Source: a virus
DNA: 64,000 bases
Virus record (IMG/VR): IMGVR_UViG_3300045988_139374
Span: 192,001-256,000 of that record
Reading direction: 5' to 3' (one strand)
Shown here in pieces: positions 10,007 through 17,987 of the stretch (positions are counted from its first letter, which is position 1; every line of letters starts with the position of its first letter). A program made the translations under genes and the position numbers. The notes under the pieces were generated by a model. The model was not told where the DNA came from. It searched no databases and worked only from the letters and a program-made list of their open reading frames with translations.

Positions 10007-10987
10007 ATGATTGTTTGTACTGAATCTTATGGAGATAAATTTGTCAAAGATCTTAGTAATATTTCTGATATTAGTATTGAAGAAGCATGTGGCCAATTGC
10101 AGGCAAGTGTATCTGATGCATTAGCAGAAATGAATATGAGTATTATTCTTGCTGAAGCAGAAGGAGAAAGTAGTACCGCTCTTACAGTTGGAAGTAAGCT
10201 TTACAATATGACTGCAACTGAAACAGATGCTAAAAAGTCTGTTGTAGGAAATATCAAAGAAAAGGTTTTTCATATCATTGATAAAGTTTCTAGTGAAATT
10301 GCAAAGCTTTGGGATAAGCTTGTTAATTGGTTTAGAATGGAAATTGAAGCCAATGTGCAAGCGTATAAGCAGCAAAAGGCAGCATATTTTAATTATCAAC
10401 TAATTTATGATGATTTTAGGAGATTTGATAAGCCTGAAATTCATTTTGACAAATATGTTGATTCTGATGGAATTGGAAAACTGGATAATACAATTACAGC
10501 AATTAAAAAAGATTTTATAGCAAGCGGAGCTAGATCTTCTGATAAGTTAACATCAGAAAATATTAAAGATACTGTTAAAGGCATATTTAATAAGCTGAAG
10601 ATTGTCAAAGAAGATTATACAATGACTCCACTTCCTGTCGATTTTCTCAAAAGTGCAATTGCTGTATACGATATTAAGAAAGCATCGTCTAGCGTTTTTA
10701 AGAATATTCTTGATACAAAATCTATTATCAATGAAGAATTTAGAAAACTAAAGAACAAGACTAGGGATCAATACGAAGACGTTTCTCAAAGAAGAGAATT
10801 CATGAATGAAGTAAATCTTACTTCTAGAATGTACTCTATGTTTACCTCTGAGGCAATTAAGGTATATCATATTTTTTATGATTGCGCATATAAGATTTGC
10901 AAAGGATGCGTTACTAATTATAGAGAGTATTTGAGAATTACATATACTGATAAAGAAAAAGAGAAAAATAAATTTGATACGATGTAA
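10007..10987 (+). CDS. paralogue 1 of a three-member family (326 aa); candidate processed internal head/ejected protein
   Basis: N-terminus MIVCTES..ISIEEACGQLQASVSDALAEMNMSIILAE and ..IAKLWDKLVNWF align with the products of 11611-12525 and 12584-13447. G10 tract 7 nt upstream of the ATG. Confidence 0.85.
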   Translation: MIVCTESYGDKFVKDLSNISDISIEEACGQLQASVSDALAEMNMSIILAEAEGESSTALTVGSKLYNMTATETDAKKSVVGNIKEKVFHIIDKVSSEIAKLWDKLVNWFRMEIEANVQAYKQQKAAYFNYQLIYDDFRRFDKPEIHFDKYVDSDGIGKLDNTITAIKKDFIASGARSSDKLTSENIKDTVKGIFNKLKIVKEDYTMTPLPVDFLKSAIAVYDIKKASSSVFKNILDTKSIINEEFRKLKNKTRDQYEDVSQRREFMNEVNLTSRMYSMFTSEAIKVYHIFYDCAYKICKGCVTNYREYLRITYTDKEKEKNKFDTM

Positions 10988-10997
10988 CTCTATAATA
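10986..10997 (+). promoter_or_regulatory. AACT-N6-TA variant motif (weaker promoter candidate)
   Basis: AACT CTATAA TA. Lies 27 nt upstream of ATG 11024. Confidence 0.35.
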
Positions 10998-11023
10998 AAT
11001 CTCAGGAAAGGAGAATTTATACA

Positions 11024-11566
11024 ATGAGTATTTTTGAAGATCTTCTTCATGAAGATACTTGGCATAAGGATGAACCTAATGATACCTGGGATGATGACCA
11101 GGCACAGAATATGTCTAATGATGAAGATAAGAACGATGACAATGTGAATGAGAGCGCATTTGATTCTATCTTTAATGAATCTGATGATGGTTCTGGATTT
11201 GATGGATTTGGTGTCGATAAAATTGATCGACCTTCTAAATCTGGTCTAGTTACCGGAGTAGATGCAGCAACTAAGTTTGCTAATGCTACAGATGGTGGTC
11301 TGGATTGTTCTATTGATTTGTCGTACGATGCTTTTGGTGAATCTGACAACTCTGGGTTCGAAAAGGACGCGAGTCTAGTGATGGAAGATGGATCTGAAAG
11401 TATTCCTGTTGATCCAACTACTATCCCTCATCATGATCTAGAAGATGACCAATATTCTGATAGTCTTGATGGCTCGGAGGTCGATGGAGCAAGTCCTGCT
11501 GAATTGGCTGCAGATGACGATAGTAGCTTTGGCGAATCTGCTACAGGATGGGACGATCTATATTAA
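11024..11566 (+). CDS. highly acidic protein (180 aa, D/E/S-rich)
   Basis: AAAGGAGA SD. Long D/E-rich sequence with no basic patches. GC-richer codons. The antisense ORF 11047-11349 is judged spurious. Confidence 0.8.
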   Translation: MSIFEDLLHEDTWHKDEPNDTWDDDQAQNMSNDEDKNDDNVNESAFDSIFNESDDGSGFDGFGVDKIDRPSKSGLVTGVDAATKFANATDGGLDCSIDLSYDAFGESDNSGFEKDASLVMEDGSESIPVDPTTIPHHDLEDDQYSDSLDGSEVDGASPAELAADDDSSFGESATGWDDLY

Positions 11567-11610
11567 TTCTTTTCTTTACGATCGTAAATTTTAACTAAAG
11601 GAGAATAATT

Positions 11611-12525
11611 ATGATTGTTAATGTTATTAATGGTCAGAGCTCTGGTATCTCTGAGTCTACTGGGCCTAATGTGTTTGAAGGCATGAGCTTGGCTGAAGCA
11701 TGTGGTCAGCTGCAGGCTAACGTGTCTGATATTCTGAATGAGATGAATATGGGCATTCTGCTGAATGAGCATATGTATCTTCGTGAGAATGGTGAGGACA
11801 TCCAGTATGTGAATGAGGCAGATACTAAGCTGAAGGATCGTATTGGCGGTGCTATTGATAATATCATTAAGCAGGTTTCTCAACTGTGGGATAGACTCGT
11901 TATCTGGATTCAGGATCGAGTCGAAGATGCTCGTATGGCATTTGCTCGTGCTGGTATTGATAAGAAGAAGGCAGAAGCTGCTAAGAGTGGATCTGTTGAT
12001 AAGTGCCATGTGAAGTGGGTTGGTTCTGATAAAGTCGATAACCTCATTAAACTAATTAACGCTGGCGATGGTAACAATCTGGATGAGATTGATAAGAAAG
12101 ATTACAATATCTCTGATTGGACTGAGACTAAGGATAAGCTCACCTCTGGCGAGATCACTGATGCATATAATACTGTTTTTGATACGAATAGAACCGTTCT
12201 TGGTAAGGTTCGTGCCGCTAAGAAGACCGCTATTGATGAGCTGAATAAGCAGAAGAAGGCTGCTACTTCTAGCAATAGCGATGATAAGGCTGATCAGATT
12301 AAGAGCATCAATGCAAATTCTCGTAAGATCTCTAAGATCAGTTCCTTTGCAATGAAGGTTTATCATACTCACGTTGAAGGCAGTATTCAGGCTCTGAAGG
12401 CTGCTGTTAAGCCTGAGAAGGCTGCAAAGGCTGTTGATCGTGCTGCTAAGGTTGGCAAGAAGTCTGATAAGGAAGCAACTTCCGAGTCTGCTATCTTCAA
12501 TGACGATCGTTTCTTCAAGGCCTAA
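11611..12525 (+). CDS. paralogue 2 of the three-member family (304 aa), GC-richest copy
   Basis: AAAGGAGA SD. MIVNVING..MSLAEACGQLQANVSDILNEMNMGILLNE..VSQLWDRLVIWIQ aligns with paralogues 1 and 3. Codons such as CTG/GGC/GCT/CGT/AAG are preferred. Confidence 0.9.
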   Translation: MIVNVINGQSSGISESTGPNVFEGMSLAEACGQLQANVSDILNEMNMGILLNEHMYLRENGEDIQYVNEADTKLKDRIGGAIDNIIKQVSQLWDRLVIWIQDRVEDARMAFARAGIDKKKAEAAKSGSVDKCHVKWVGSDKVDNLIKLINAGDGNNLDEIDKKDYNISDWTETKDKLTSGEITDAYNTVFDTNRTVLGKVRAAKKTAIDELNKQKKAATSSNSDDKADQIKSINANSRKISKISSFAMKVYHTHVEGSIQALKAAVKPEKAAKAVDRAAKVGKKSDKEATSESAIFNDDRFFKA

Positions 12526-12540
12526 TATGTCATAAAATTA

Positions 12541-12581
12541 TCCCGTAGGATCTAAAATGATCCTACGGGATTTATTATTTT
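12541..12581. terminator. bidirectional intrinsic terminator between convergent genes
   Basis: 12-bp stem TCCCGTAGGATC/GATCCTACGGGA, flanked by an A-run and a T-run. Confidence 0.8.
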
Positions 12582-12583
12582 AA

Positions 12584-13447
12584 TTATGCATACTCATAAT
12601 CAGGTTCATTATATTTACTATCCCCACCATGGTTAATAATAGCTTTAAGAACTTTTGCACAAGATTTTAGATAATCTCTATATACAGAGATTTCTTCTTT
12701 ACATATTTGAGTAGCAACTTGCGCCATATGCTTAATTTCGCTATCATTGCTTGTAGTATTGTTTTCCTCTTCATTATAAAAAGGATCTATATTCTTCTGA
12801 TTTTTCATAGATTTAATATAATTATTTTTATTTTCTATAACCCCCGATACAAATTTAGATTTAGAATTAAAAATAATATTCCAAGCATTAATTCCAACTT
12901 GTTTCGTAATTTTATATTCATAATCTACACGTCTATATTTAGAAAAATATGTATGAATATCTTTATCTTTTAGATCAATATATTTATTCAATAGCCCATA
13001 GGATGCATTTTCTCTATTTCTTACTATTTTATCATACTGATCATCTGTTACAACAGTTCCTTTAATAGTAACAGTAAAATCTTCTTTCATATTATTAATT
13101 AGATTCCAAGATTTCTTTTTATCTATACCAATAGAAAGAAATTTCTTCATTACCATACTAGTGAAGTTTTGAATAAACTCAATAAACTTATCCCATAATT
13201 TAGATATTTGAGTAATGATCGATTCAATGATATTTTTAATTTTTGATCTATTTACATTATCTCCTTTATTGATAAACTCATCTTCACCATAGTGCCTAAT
13301 ATATGAACCACTGTCATCAACTTTTTCTTCATTCAATATAATATTTACATTTTCTGTAAACATATTAAATGCTTCATCTAATGTCATATTAGAGAAAGGA
13401 TTATTCAATTCAATTAAACTAGATTCACATAATACATTAATAACCAT
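12584..13447 (-). CDS. paralogue 3 of the three-member family (287 aa), most AT-rich copy
   Basis: AAGGAGG SD on the minus strand. MVINVLCES..MTLDEAFNMFTENVNIILNEE..ISKLWDKFIEFIQ aligns with paralogues 1 and 2. Convergent with 11611-12525 across a shared terminator. Confidence 0.85.
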   Translation of the reverse strand: MVINVLCESSLIELNNPFSNMTLDEAFNMFTENVNIILNEEKVDDSGSYIRHYGEDEFINKGDNVNRSKIKNIIESIITQISKLWDKFIEFIQNFTSMVMKKFLSIGIDKKKSWNLINNMKEDFTVTIKGTVVTDDQYDKIVRNRENASYGLLNKYIDLKDKDIHTYFSKYRRVDYEYKITKQVGINAWNIIFNSKSKFVSGVIENKNNYIKSMKNQKNIDPFYNEEENNTTSNDSEIKHMAQVATQICKEEISVYRDYLKSCAKVLKAIINHGGDSKYNEPDYEYA

Positions 13448-13648
13448 TTTAATTAATCCTCCTTATGGTTAATCATTATAAAGTAGTAATCAAAAAAAAA
13501 CGATTTGGATTTAATATATAAAATAAATATATATACTATAAATTTTAAATAATATTACTTCTGTCTGTTTAATAAATCGCTAGGTTATTATAAATACAAT
13601 ATTGAATTATAATGAGATTTAAGGTTATAGAATGCAGTAGTTGTATCA

Positions 13649-13879
13649 CTACAATACATACCTTCTAATGAGATACATCCATTTTTTCTGAACAGCATAA
13701 AATAATGTAGCATTCAAATTATTATAATCTCTAGCATATTCAAAATCAAAATCATATCCAATCATAGTTCCATCTATTTTATATGCATGGCCAGAGTCAT
13801 AGACACTACTACAATCATGAACTTTAGATGTATAAACATTAGTTATTTTCTTTATAGAATTATTATTAGAAGCGTCAGA
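13649..13879 (-). CDS. start-less box cassette C1 (type A-like, degenerate C-terminus, TAG stop)
   Basis: Box TGACGCTTCTA on minus at 13877-13867. The frame from TCT GAC GCT TCT gives SDASNNNSIKKITNVY..YKIDGTMIGYDF... No SD and no start at the box. The ORF-track Met at 13939 lies in the tail of the previous cassette. Confidence 0.45.
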   Translation of the reverse strand, partial: SDASNNNSIKKITNVYTSKVHDCSSVYDSGHAYKIDGTMIGYDFDFEYARDYNNLNATLFYAVQKKWMYLIRRYVL

Positions 13880-13883
13880 CTTA

Positions 13884-14117
13884 TTAAATATAGATGATGT
13901 TTGCATGACATGAAGTATTACCAGATAATGATGAACCATCGGAATAGTGATCCATATCTACGAATCTACAATATAATTTTCCATTATTTTGATAAATATA
14001 GTCTATATCACTGTATTTAATACGATCTAATATATCAAATCCTATCAATGTACCATTTAATGTATATCCATCTTTAGTAATATAAATATTACTAAGCTTT
14101 TTTATAGAAGCGTCATT
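13884..14117 (-). CDS. start-less box cassette C2 (type A, 77 codons)
   Basis: Box on minus at 14115-14105, with TAA 3 codons upstream in frame. Product NDASIKKLSNIYITKDGYTLNGTLIGFDIL..HANIIYI*. Not in the ORF track because it has no start codon. Confidence 0.5.
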   Translation of the reverse strand, partial: NDASIKKLSNIYITKDGYTLNGTLIGFDILDRIKYSDIDYIYQNNGKLYCRFVDMDHYSDGSSLSGNTSCHANIIYI

Positions 14118-14137
14118 AGTATTTTAAAAAGTATTTA

Positions 14138-14192
14138 TTTTCACTTGTATAGTATAAAATTGAAATAGAAAGAAGAAAGAGTACTTCTATTT
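14138..14192 (+). promoter_or_regulatory. promoter-like block plus 5' hairpin, element E1 (subtype 1)
   Basis: TTTCACTTGTATAGTATAAAATTGAAATAGAA followed by the stem AAATAGAA/TTCTATTT. Lies 49 nt upstream of ATG 14241. Confidence 0.55.
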
Positions 14193-14240
14193 ATGTATTA
14201 GCAAAAAAACAAATATAGTGTACTTATAGGAGGTACAATT

Positions 14241-14567
14241 ATGCTGACCGAAAAAAATATTAATGATGTGGCAACGTTGAGTGTTATTGGTAACGACAAC
14301 GGCAAAGGAATCAATCCGACCGTGATCGATTATAAAATAAACAATGGAGGGTATTACGCCCTCGCATTGGTAAAGCTAAATGATGCATATACCATTTTCA
14401 ACATTGCTGGAATGGTTGCCCCTAGCGGGATACAAGCTGAAAGAGTAGGCTTGTATGTATGCAATCCTGAATGGGATTGCATAATAGATATTGTTTCCAA
14501 GAGCGAATTAATTTCTGACGAGCAGACTGCTCGTCAGAAGTTTGAAGATTACTGCAAGCTTCTATAA
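14241..14567 (+). CDS. hypothetical protein (108 aa), GC-rich codons, behind promoter/hairpin element E1
   Basis: TAGGAGG SD and own terminator. The last codons AAG CTT CTA TAA overlap a 12-nt box-like sequence GCTTCTATAAAG. Confidence 0.85.
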   Translation: MLTEKNINDVATLSVIGNDNGKGINPTVIDYKINNGGYYALALVKLNDAYTIFNIAGMVAPSGIQAERVGLYVCNPEWDCIIDIVSKSELISDEQTARQKFEDYCKLL

Positions 14568-14569
14568 AG
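14558..14569 (+). repeat. box-like 12-mer GCTTCTATAAAG at the 3' end of gene 14241-14567
   Basis: Identical to box positions 5-16 of cassettes C11/C13/C2, but lacks the TGAC and is read in a different frame (CTT CTA TAA). Confidence 0.5.
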
Positions 14570-14574
14570 CAAAA

Positions 14575-14614
14575 TGTGAGTAAGAGATATCTCTTACTCA
14601 CATTTATTTTTTTT
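14575..14614 (+). terminator. intrinsic terminator
   Basis: 12-bp stem TGTGAGTAAGAG/CTCTTACTCACA followed by a T-run. The box of cassette C3 starts 10 nt later. Confidence 0.85.
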
Positions 14615-14621
14615 ATAATGA

Positions 14622-14879
14622 TTTGACGCTTCTATTAAGAGTACTGTAATCACAACACCTAGTGATTATTCATCTGTAGATTTTAAGCTTGGAATTCCAG
14701 TAGGCGTATTTCCATATTCATCTAGAGATATAAGCGTATATCAATTGTATGAAGTATATTATAGATATTATGATTCTACCATTATATCATTTGGAATTAG
14801 AAGTATTAATATTAAAAATAATGGAAATATAGAGTATTGTATAGGTCAGCAAATTTTAGTGTATTATATTCCAATTTGA
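14622..14879 (+). CDS. start-less box cassette C3 (85 codons)
   Basis: Box at 14624-14634, with TGA immediately upstream in frame (14619-14621). Product FDASIKSTVITTPSDYSSVDF..GQQILVYYIPI*. No in-frame ATG anywhere and no SD. Absent from the ORF track. Confidence 0.5.
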   Translation, partial: FDASIKSTVITTPSDYSSVDFKLGIPVGVFPYSSRDISVYQLYEVYYRYYDSTIISFGIRSINIKNNGNIEYCIGQQILVYYIPI

Positions 14880-15119
14880 AATATAAAAAATATTTAAAGT
14901 TAACCCTGCAATTCTTTTAAATTTAGTAAAATCATCACCAATAGCTTGACCAACGACTATTACATAATTATCGTTATTATTTTTATATTGCATTATAAAT
15001 TGGAATCCTTCGCTTAAATCATTATTACCAATAATAGTATTAATTAAAATTTTATCTAGTGATATTGTATATCCATTTATAGAACTAATAGCTGTCATCA
15101 TTTTAATAGAAGCGTCAGA
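14856..15119 (-). CDS. start-less box cassette C4 (87 codons), convergent with C3
   Basis: Box on minus at 15117-15107. Product SDASIKMMTAISSINGYTISLDK..LNIFYISNWNIIH*. The part of ORF-track entry 14856-15413 upstream of the box is antisense to gene 15147-15800. Confidence 0.5.
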   Translation of the reverse strand, partial: SDASIKMMTAISSINGYTISLDKILINTIIGNNDLSEGFQFIMQYKNNNDNYVIVVGQAIGDDFTKFKRIAGLTLNIFYISNWNIIH

Positions 15120-15146
15120 CTTATTTATAAAGGAGGTAAATTTATT

Positions 15147-15800
15147 ATGGGAATTATTATAAATGAAAAGTGTGTTACTTATAATAAAATTTATGATATT
15201 AAGAATACTAAAATAGATAAATATAAATTGGTTATCATTGGTGAAATACATGGATCTTCTATGATTGGGGTTTATGATAAACTTCTTAAATCTTCTCATT
15301 ATGATTACTTTCTTGCTGAATTTGCTTATGATGATAAAGCTCTTACTAGAGAAGATATTAAATATAAAATGGATCATGCTACTAATGGTGGAATGGGTCC
15401 GTGTGATTATCAATATAATTATTGGCTTTATGAATTAGCATATAAATATAATATTCCTTTGATTGGTATTGATAGAGGAGATACTAATAGTTTTAAATCT
15501 AGAGAAGAAGAATTTAAAACTAGAGAATCTATTATGATCAATACTATTCAACAATATTCAGGAAAAGGAAGATGCTTAGTGCAAATAGGAGATGCTCATG
15601 TAAGAAATATTCCTATTAGTAAAGAATATATTAAGCAATATAATTATGATGATGAATTCTACGAAGGAAATATTGATAATCAAACAGTATCTTTTGCAAG
15701 TCCAATATATGAAAAATATGTAAATGATCCAAATGCAATTATATTTAGAAATAAAAAAGAATATGAAGATGAACAAAAATTTTTAAAAGAAAATTCATAA
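15147..15800 (+). CDS. Tiki/ChaN/TraB-superfamily-like protein (217 aa)
   Basis: AAAGGAGG SD. Motifs LVIIGEIHGS and LVQIGDAHVRN resemble the paired GxxH motifs of the ChaN/TraB/Tiki fold (by eye). Confidence 0.8.
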   Translation: MGIIINEKCVTYNKIYDIKNTKIDKYKLVIIGEIHGSSMIGVYDKLLKSSHYDYFLAEFAYDDKALTREDIKYKMDHATNGGMGPCDYQYNYWLYELAYKYNIPLIGIDRGDTNSFKSREEEFKTRESIMINTIQQYSGKGRCLVQIGDAHVRNIPISKEYIKQYNYDDEFYEGNIDNQTVSFASPIYEKYVNDPNAIIFRNKKEYEDEQKFLKENS

Positions 15801-15802
15801 AG

Positions 15803-15843
15803 ATAGAGGTAGAGTATTTTTACTCTACCTCTATTATATTTTA
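15803..15843 (+). terminator. intrinsic terminator
   Basis: 14-bp stem ATAGAGGTAGAGTA/TACTCTACCTCTAT followed by a T/A-rich tail. Confidence 0.7.
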
Positions 15844-15860
15844 ATTATTGTACTAAATAA

Positions 15861-15908
15861 ATATATAATATAATAATGAGATAGAAGGAAGAAAGAGTAC
15901 TTCTATTG
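15861..15908 (+). promoter_or_regulatory. promoter-like block plus 5' hairpin, element E2 (subtype 2)
   Basis: ATATAATATAATAATGAGATAGAAG-GAAGAAAGAGTA-CTTCTATT. Same hairpin as E5 but a different upstream half, which is shared with E6. Confidence 0.5.
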
Positions 15909-15936
15909 GCCTGTAAATAAAAGTGGAGGTATTAAA

Positions 15937-16749
15937 ATGATTGATGGATTAAAGATGCTTACAGAAGACGATGTAAAAATCGAATTCTTAGAATCAGCAA
16001 ACAATGGAATATGCTATATTGCAATGGTTGAGTATTCGATTAGTTATGGCAAAATCGAATATAAGATGTATTCCGTAAGAACTGTTGTAAAAATACCAAT
16101 TTTTAGAACTCGTCGTTGTATTATTGTAGATAATATTCCTGATAATGAATATATCGATGCTAATTACGATAATGTCAAATGCCGTTATGATAATATGGCT
16201 AAAACATTATTTGAAAATAATAGAATAGTATATGATGGTGTCGAAACCATTGATCAAAATGCGTTTGTATCTAAGATTTGCTTGGATGCATGTGTAAAAA
16301 AGATCAATCGCGCTACAGCAAAATTATATTTCCAAAATATGAACATCAGTTTTTTAAACATTGATGTGAATAAAAAACTTCCGACTCAGTTGGATATGAC
16401 TATATTTATCAATGGTAATCAGGAAACTATTAGCATTATGAATGTGAACAAAATTAAAAAGCATGGCGCTTCTCGTGCAAGGTCTAATAGTTTTTATATC
16501 ATTGATAAGAAAGTTCATAAATCTATAATTTATTGCATGCTAGATGCAATAAGAGAGATATATGGATATGGACTATACGAATATGGTCTTGACAGATGCG
16601 ATTTAAAATCTATTAATGATATTCTCAATAAATATAACATTGAATATGGCGATGATATATTTATTGATATTGAATCTAAATACGAATATATCATTAATAT
16701 GATAGATAATCATATTAATGATAATACTGATGAAATGGTATATCAATAA
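15937..16749 (+). CDS. hypothetical protein (270 aa), behind promoter/hairpin element E2
   Basis: GTGGAGG SD. Terminator at 16753-16796. Confidence 0.85.
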   Translation: MIDGLKMLTEDDVKIEFLESANNGICYIAMVEYSISYGKIEYKMYSVRTVVKIPIFRTRRCIIVDNIPDNEYIDANYDNVKCRYDNMAKTLFENNRIVYDGVETIDQNAFVSKICLDACVKKINRATAKLYFQNMNISFLNIDVNKKLPTQLDMTIFINGNQETISIMNVNKIKKHGASRARSNSFYIIDKKVHKSIIYCMLDAIREIYGYGLYEYGLDRCDLKSINDILNKYNIEYGDDIFIDIESKYEYIINMIDNHINDNTDEMVYQ

Positions 16750-16752
16750 TAT

Positions 16753-16796
16753 AAAAGGAGTGGGTTCCATTCGCCCACTCCTTTTATTTTTTTTTT
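16753..16796 (+). terminator. intrinsic terminator
   Basis: Stem AAAAGGAGTGGG/CCCACTCCTTTT followed by a long T-run. Cassette C5 follows. Confidence 0.85.
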
Positions 16797-16821
16797 CAAA
16801 AAGTAGATTAAAATACAATAA

Positions 16822-17115
16822 TCTGACGCTTCTATTAAGTACATAGATATTTCATTACATCTAAAGAGTAGTATATCATATGAACATAACATATCATCAA
16901 ATCCTATTATATCTATTATAGGAGTTTTTACAAATATTAGTAATTGTATTCCAATACTTAATAATCTATCTTTTGAAGAAAAAATTGATTCTAATGATAA
17001 CTTAGTCGAATTCCAAGTAATTGACTATAATTTATATACTATAAGTAGTGGAAAATTAATATTAACAAAAGTATCTGGATATGTTACTATATTTTATATT
17101 GAACCTTCCAATTAA
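16822..17115 (+). CDS. start-less box cassette C5 (97 codons)
   Basis: Box at 16824-16834, with TAA immediately upstream in frame (16819-16821). Product SDASIKYIDISLHLK..VSGYVTIFYIEPSN*. Contains no ATG, GTG or TTG codon in frame at all. Absent from the ORF track. Confidence 0.5.
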   Translation, partial: SDASIKYIDISLHLKSSISYEHNISSNPIISIIGVFTNISNCIPILNNLSFEEKIDSNDNLVEFQVIDYNLYTISSGKLILTKVSGYVTIFYIEPSN

Positions 17116-17119
17116 ATAA

Positions 17120-17626
17120 TCTGACGCTTCTAAGAATTTTGGAAATGGAAGTTTTATTAAATCCATTACTTATGAAGGATATTATACAATTAGTGATAAA
17201 TATATAAACCATATGAGTTCAGATACTTGTATTAGAACTACTGTATCTAAAATGTATGATGTTGTGTTATTCGCTGAATTAGAAACTACAAACAATACTT
17301 TATTAGCTGAGCAAAATCCATATGTTAAAGTATTTCAAAATATTATCAAAGGTTCATTTGCTGGATATGTATTTATGAATTTAATGCCTACATCTTGGAA
17401 GATTTTATATAATAATACTTCTAGCAATGATTTTATTGGGCCATATGTTGAATATGATCATTGTCCTACAAGTGGTGTAGTAGCTAGAAGAAATAGATTA
17501 TCCATAGAAAGATACTGTGCAAAGTATACTAACAATATGGATTATCAATTATTAGCTAGACAAGGCATTAGATATGATGTATATGGTCTAATGCTTAGAG
17601 ATGAAATTGCTAATCTATTTAGATAA
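17120..17626 (+). CDS. start-less box cassette C6 (168 codons; includes ORF-track 17213-17626)
   Basis: Box at 17122-17132, with TAA immediately upstream in frame (17117-17119). Reads SDASKNFGNGSFIKSITYEGYYTISDKYINH then MSSDTC... The internal ATG at 17213 has no SD. Confidence 0.5.
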   Translation, partial: SDASKNFGNGSFIKSITYEGYYTISDKYINHMSSDTCIRTTVSKMYDVVLFAELETTNNTLLAEQNPYVKVFQNIIKGSFAGYVFMNLMPTSWKILYNNTSSNDFIGPYVEYDHCPTSGVVARRNRLSIERYCAKYTNNMDYQLLARQGIRYDVYGLMLRDEIANLFR

Positions 17627-17627
17627 G

Positions 17628-17881
17628 TATGACGCTTCTATCAAGCGAACTGTTGTTACTCTTAAATATAATAATACCGAAGTAGGATGTAAATTTACAT
17701 TAGGAGCTCCAGTTGGAGGATATATACTTACAGAAATTAATAGCTGGATTGTAATACGTATGGATAAAAATATGAATATTCTATATTTGGAATTTATGTT
17801 CGTACTTGGTTAGGTGACGGATTAATTGAAAAAATTCAATATATAGATAATTATTATAAAGCTACTATATTTTACATTTAA
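17628..17881 (+). pseudogene. box cassette C7, frame broken at an A5 run
   Basis: Box at 17630-17640. Reads YDASIKRTVVTLKYNNTEVG..IRMDK, and after the A5 run (17766-17770) the family-typical end ..YVRTWLGDGLIEKIQYIDNYYKATIFYI* continues in the +1 frame to 17881. Confidence 0.4.
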
Positions 17882-17886
17882 AAGTA

Positions 17887-17923
17887 TCCCTATGGATTAA
17901 AAGTCCATAGGGACTTTATTTTG
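17887..17923 (+). terminator. intrinsic terminator closing cassette array C5-C7
   Basis: 10-bp stem TCCCTATGGA/TCCATAGGGA followed by CTTTATTTT. Confidence 0.7.
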
Positions 17924-17925
17924 AA

Positions 17926-17937
17926 AACTTTATAATA
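17926..17937 (+). promoter_or_regulatory. AACT-N6-TA variant motif
   Basis: AACT TTATAA TA. Lies 51 nt upstream of ATG 17988. Confidence 0.35.
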
Positions 17938-17987
17938 AAATCGTATCGAAATCGATACTCTCACTCTAGAAAGGAGCGTATAATATT

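Noticed and set aside
11345-11360. GGTTCGAA, a T-loop-like string, checked as a possible tRNA
   Set aside because: It lies inside CDS 11024-11566 with no flanking acceptor or anticodon stems. No tRNA-like cloverleaf was recognised anywhere in the window.
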